From Candidatus Saccharimonadia bacterium (GTDB lineage Bacteria > Patescibacteriota > Saccharimonadia > Saccharimonadales > UBA4665), in the NCBI GenBank assembly GCA_035480695.1, contig DATIHM010000063.1, positions 1 through 43,403 of the forward strand: DNA of 43,403 nucleotides, in the 5' to 3' direction. The notes below the pieces were generated by a model. The model had not been told where the DNA came from. It was given only the letters and a program-made list of their open reading frames with translations, and made no database searches. Positions 42,378-43,403 of this stretch are shown piece by piece; positions within the stretch are counted from its first letter, which is position 1, and the number at the start of each line of letters is the position of its first letter. The translations under genes and the position numbers were made by a program.

Positions 42378-43050
42378 TGTGCTTCTCCTTCAATTTGCCA
42401 TCGTTCAGCTCGAACGACCGGTCCGTCTGGCCGGCGATGGTCAGGTCATGCGTCACCACCAATATGGTTGTGTTTTCGCTCTTGGCCAGGTCGTGCAACA
42501 TATCAAAAATCAGCTTTCCGGTAGCGCTGTCAAGGTTGCCGGTCGGCTCGTCGGCCAGGATGAGCTTCGGTCGGTTGGCCAGCGCGCGGGCGACTGCGAC
42601 GCGTTGCTGCTGGCCACCGCTGAGTTTGCCTGGTTTGCGTTCCATCTGGTCCGGCTGGAAGCCGACCTGTTCAAGGAGTTGTCTTGCCCTATCCTTGCGC
42701 TGGGATTTGGGCATACCTGCGAACTCCAGCGGCAGCATGACGTTTTCAGCCGCCGTCAGATTGGGAACGAGATTATAGCTCTGGAACACGAAACCGATTT
42801 TCTGGCAGCGGTATCTTATGAGCGCCCTGTCATGCAATTTGGTGATATCCTGCTCGCCTACGACGATGCTGCCGCTGGTCGGCTTGTCGAGCGCACCAAG
42901 CAGGCTGAGCAGCGTTGATTTGCCGCTACCACTGCGGCCGACAATGCTGACAAATTGGCCTTCCGGCACAGCGAAAGACACGTCGTCCACAGCCAGGACT
43001 TTGACATCGCCGCTCGGAAAAACCCTTCTTATATCTTTGACTTCGAGCAT
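42364..43050 (-). CDS. ABC transporter ATP-binding protein (MacB/LolD/FtsE-like)
   Basis: Walker A GRSGSGKST, Q-loop, signature LSGGQQQRVAVARAL, Walker B LILADEPTGNLD, H-loop VTHD. Confidence 0.95.
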   Translation of the reverse strand: MLEVKDIRRVFPSGDVKVLAVDDVSFAVPEGQFVSIVGRSGSGKSTLLSLLGALDKPTSGSIVVGEQDITKLHDRALIRYRCQKIGFVFQSYNLVPNLTAAENVMLPLEFAGMPKSQRKDRARQLLEQVGFQPDQMERKPGKLSGGQQQRVAVARALANRPKLILADEPTGNLDSATGKLIFDMLHDLAKSENTTILVVTHDLTIAGQTDRSFELNDGKLKEKHSGKK

Positions 43051-43059
43051 GTCACCTCC

Positions 43060-43403
43060 TTACTCTACCCTCATTACTTCGGCCGGCCGGATTTTGGCGA
43101 TGGAATAAGAGGCCAGCGCGCTGCCAACTACGGCGATGACCAATGCCACCAGCAAGCCGTACAGGATTACGCTCCAGCCGATTTCGGCGTGGATGGCCGA
43201 GAAGTTGTTCCGCACGAAGCCGAAGCCCCGGCCGCCGCCTGGGGCGCCTCCGCCCGTGGCGAAACGGGCGAACCGTGCGCCACCGGCAGCCATGCCGCCA
43301 TCCGAGCTGCTGTTCGTGACTAAGAGATGGGTAATCGGGTTGGCGGCCACCACCCCCAGGGCGATTCCGACCAAAGCCGCCAGGCCTGTAAATGTCACGG
43401 CCT
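43060..43403 (-). CDS. FtsX/MacB-type ABC permease, C-terminal part only (5' end beyond the window)
   Basis: The frame is open to the window edge. The C-terminus VILYGLLVALVIAVVGSALASYSIAKIRPAEVMRVE is the typical last-TM and tail pattern of FtsX-family permeases. Confidence 0.8.
   Translation of the reverse strand, partial: AVTFTGLAALVGIALGVVAANPITHLLVTNSSSDGGMAAGGARFARFATGGGAPGGGRGFGFVRNNFSAIHAEIGWSVILYGLLVALVIAVVGSALASYSIAKIRPAEVMRVE

Noticed and set aside
1-43403. Alternative genetic code (for example UGA reassigned, as in some candidate phyla)
   Set aside because: Family-conserved genes end cleanly at TGA (3586-4566, 8000-8575, 30370-30813), TAA (metK) and TAG (epoxide hydrolase). No conserved gene needs read-through except the single TAA in the DUF805-like gene.

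Overview
This is a 43.4-kb GC-rich, gene-dense bacterial chromosomal segment. It uses the standard genetic code: TGA, TAA and TAG all end long ORFs. I call about 50 protein genes, two tRNA-Gln-type sequences and one riboswitch. All family names come from motifs read by eye; no database search was possible.

Layout:
- 1-8575: a minus-strand array of surface proteins. It holds a giant secreted protein (over 1160 aa) that runs off the window edge and is therefore missing from the ORF track, two paralogous bitopic beta-sandwich-type proteins, two paralogous secreted Ser/Thr/Gly-rich proteins and a TM-anchored protein.
- 8615-9955: metK behind a clear SAM-I riboswitch and promoter.
- 9967-11566: a secreted HExxH protein and a TM protein with a PPTDGTT repeat tail.
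- 11676-15186: tRNA-Gln(CUG), then an AT-richer 3.4-kb insertion bounded by a second, degenerate copy of the same tRNA. The insertion carries a DUF805-like gene with an in-frame TAA, a VOC enzyme and a beta-helix protein with a dockerin.
- 15.2-20 kb: small accessory and detoxification-type genes (epoxide hydrolase, MarR, VOC, RRM protein, orphans).
- 20-30.3 kb: a receiver + STAS pair, a 729-aa disordered bitopic protein, and a divergent four-gene block of orphans ending in a 1093-aa membrane-anchored three-domain peptidoglycan hydrolase.
- 30.3-33.9 kb: an ArsR-SRPBCC-VOC-SRPBCC-DHFR-like operon with a palindromic operator on a leaderless start.
- 33.9-43.4 kb: a tandem-HTH LuxR-like protein with two secreted orphans, DUF998, a YHYH protein, an OmpR/HisKA pair, GH1, and a MacB/FtsX-type ABC transporter (partial at the edge).

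The best candidates for an undescribed system are the 20.0-30.3 kb envelope module and the WxL-locus-like surface array at 1-8575.

Lineage cannot be determined from the sequence. Frequent leaderless starts, an RRM protein, a dockerin, giant LamG/Kelch surface proteins and the absence of outer-membrane genes are compatible with a monoderm such as a Patescibacteria/Saccharibacteria-like, Chloroflexota or Actinomycetota organism. That is inference only.
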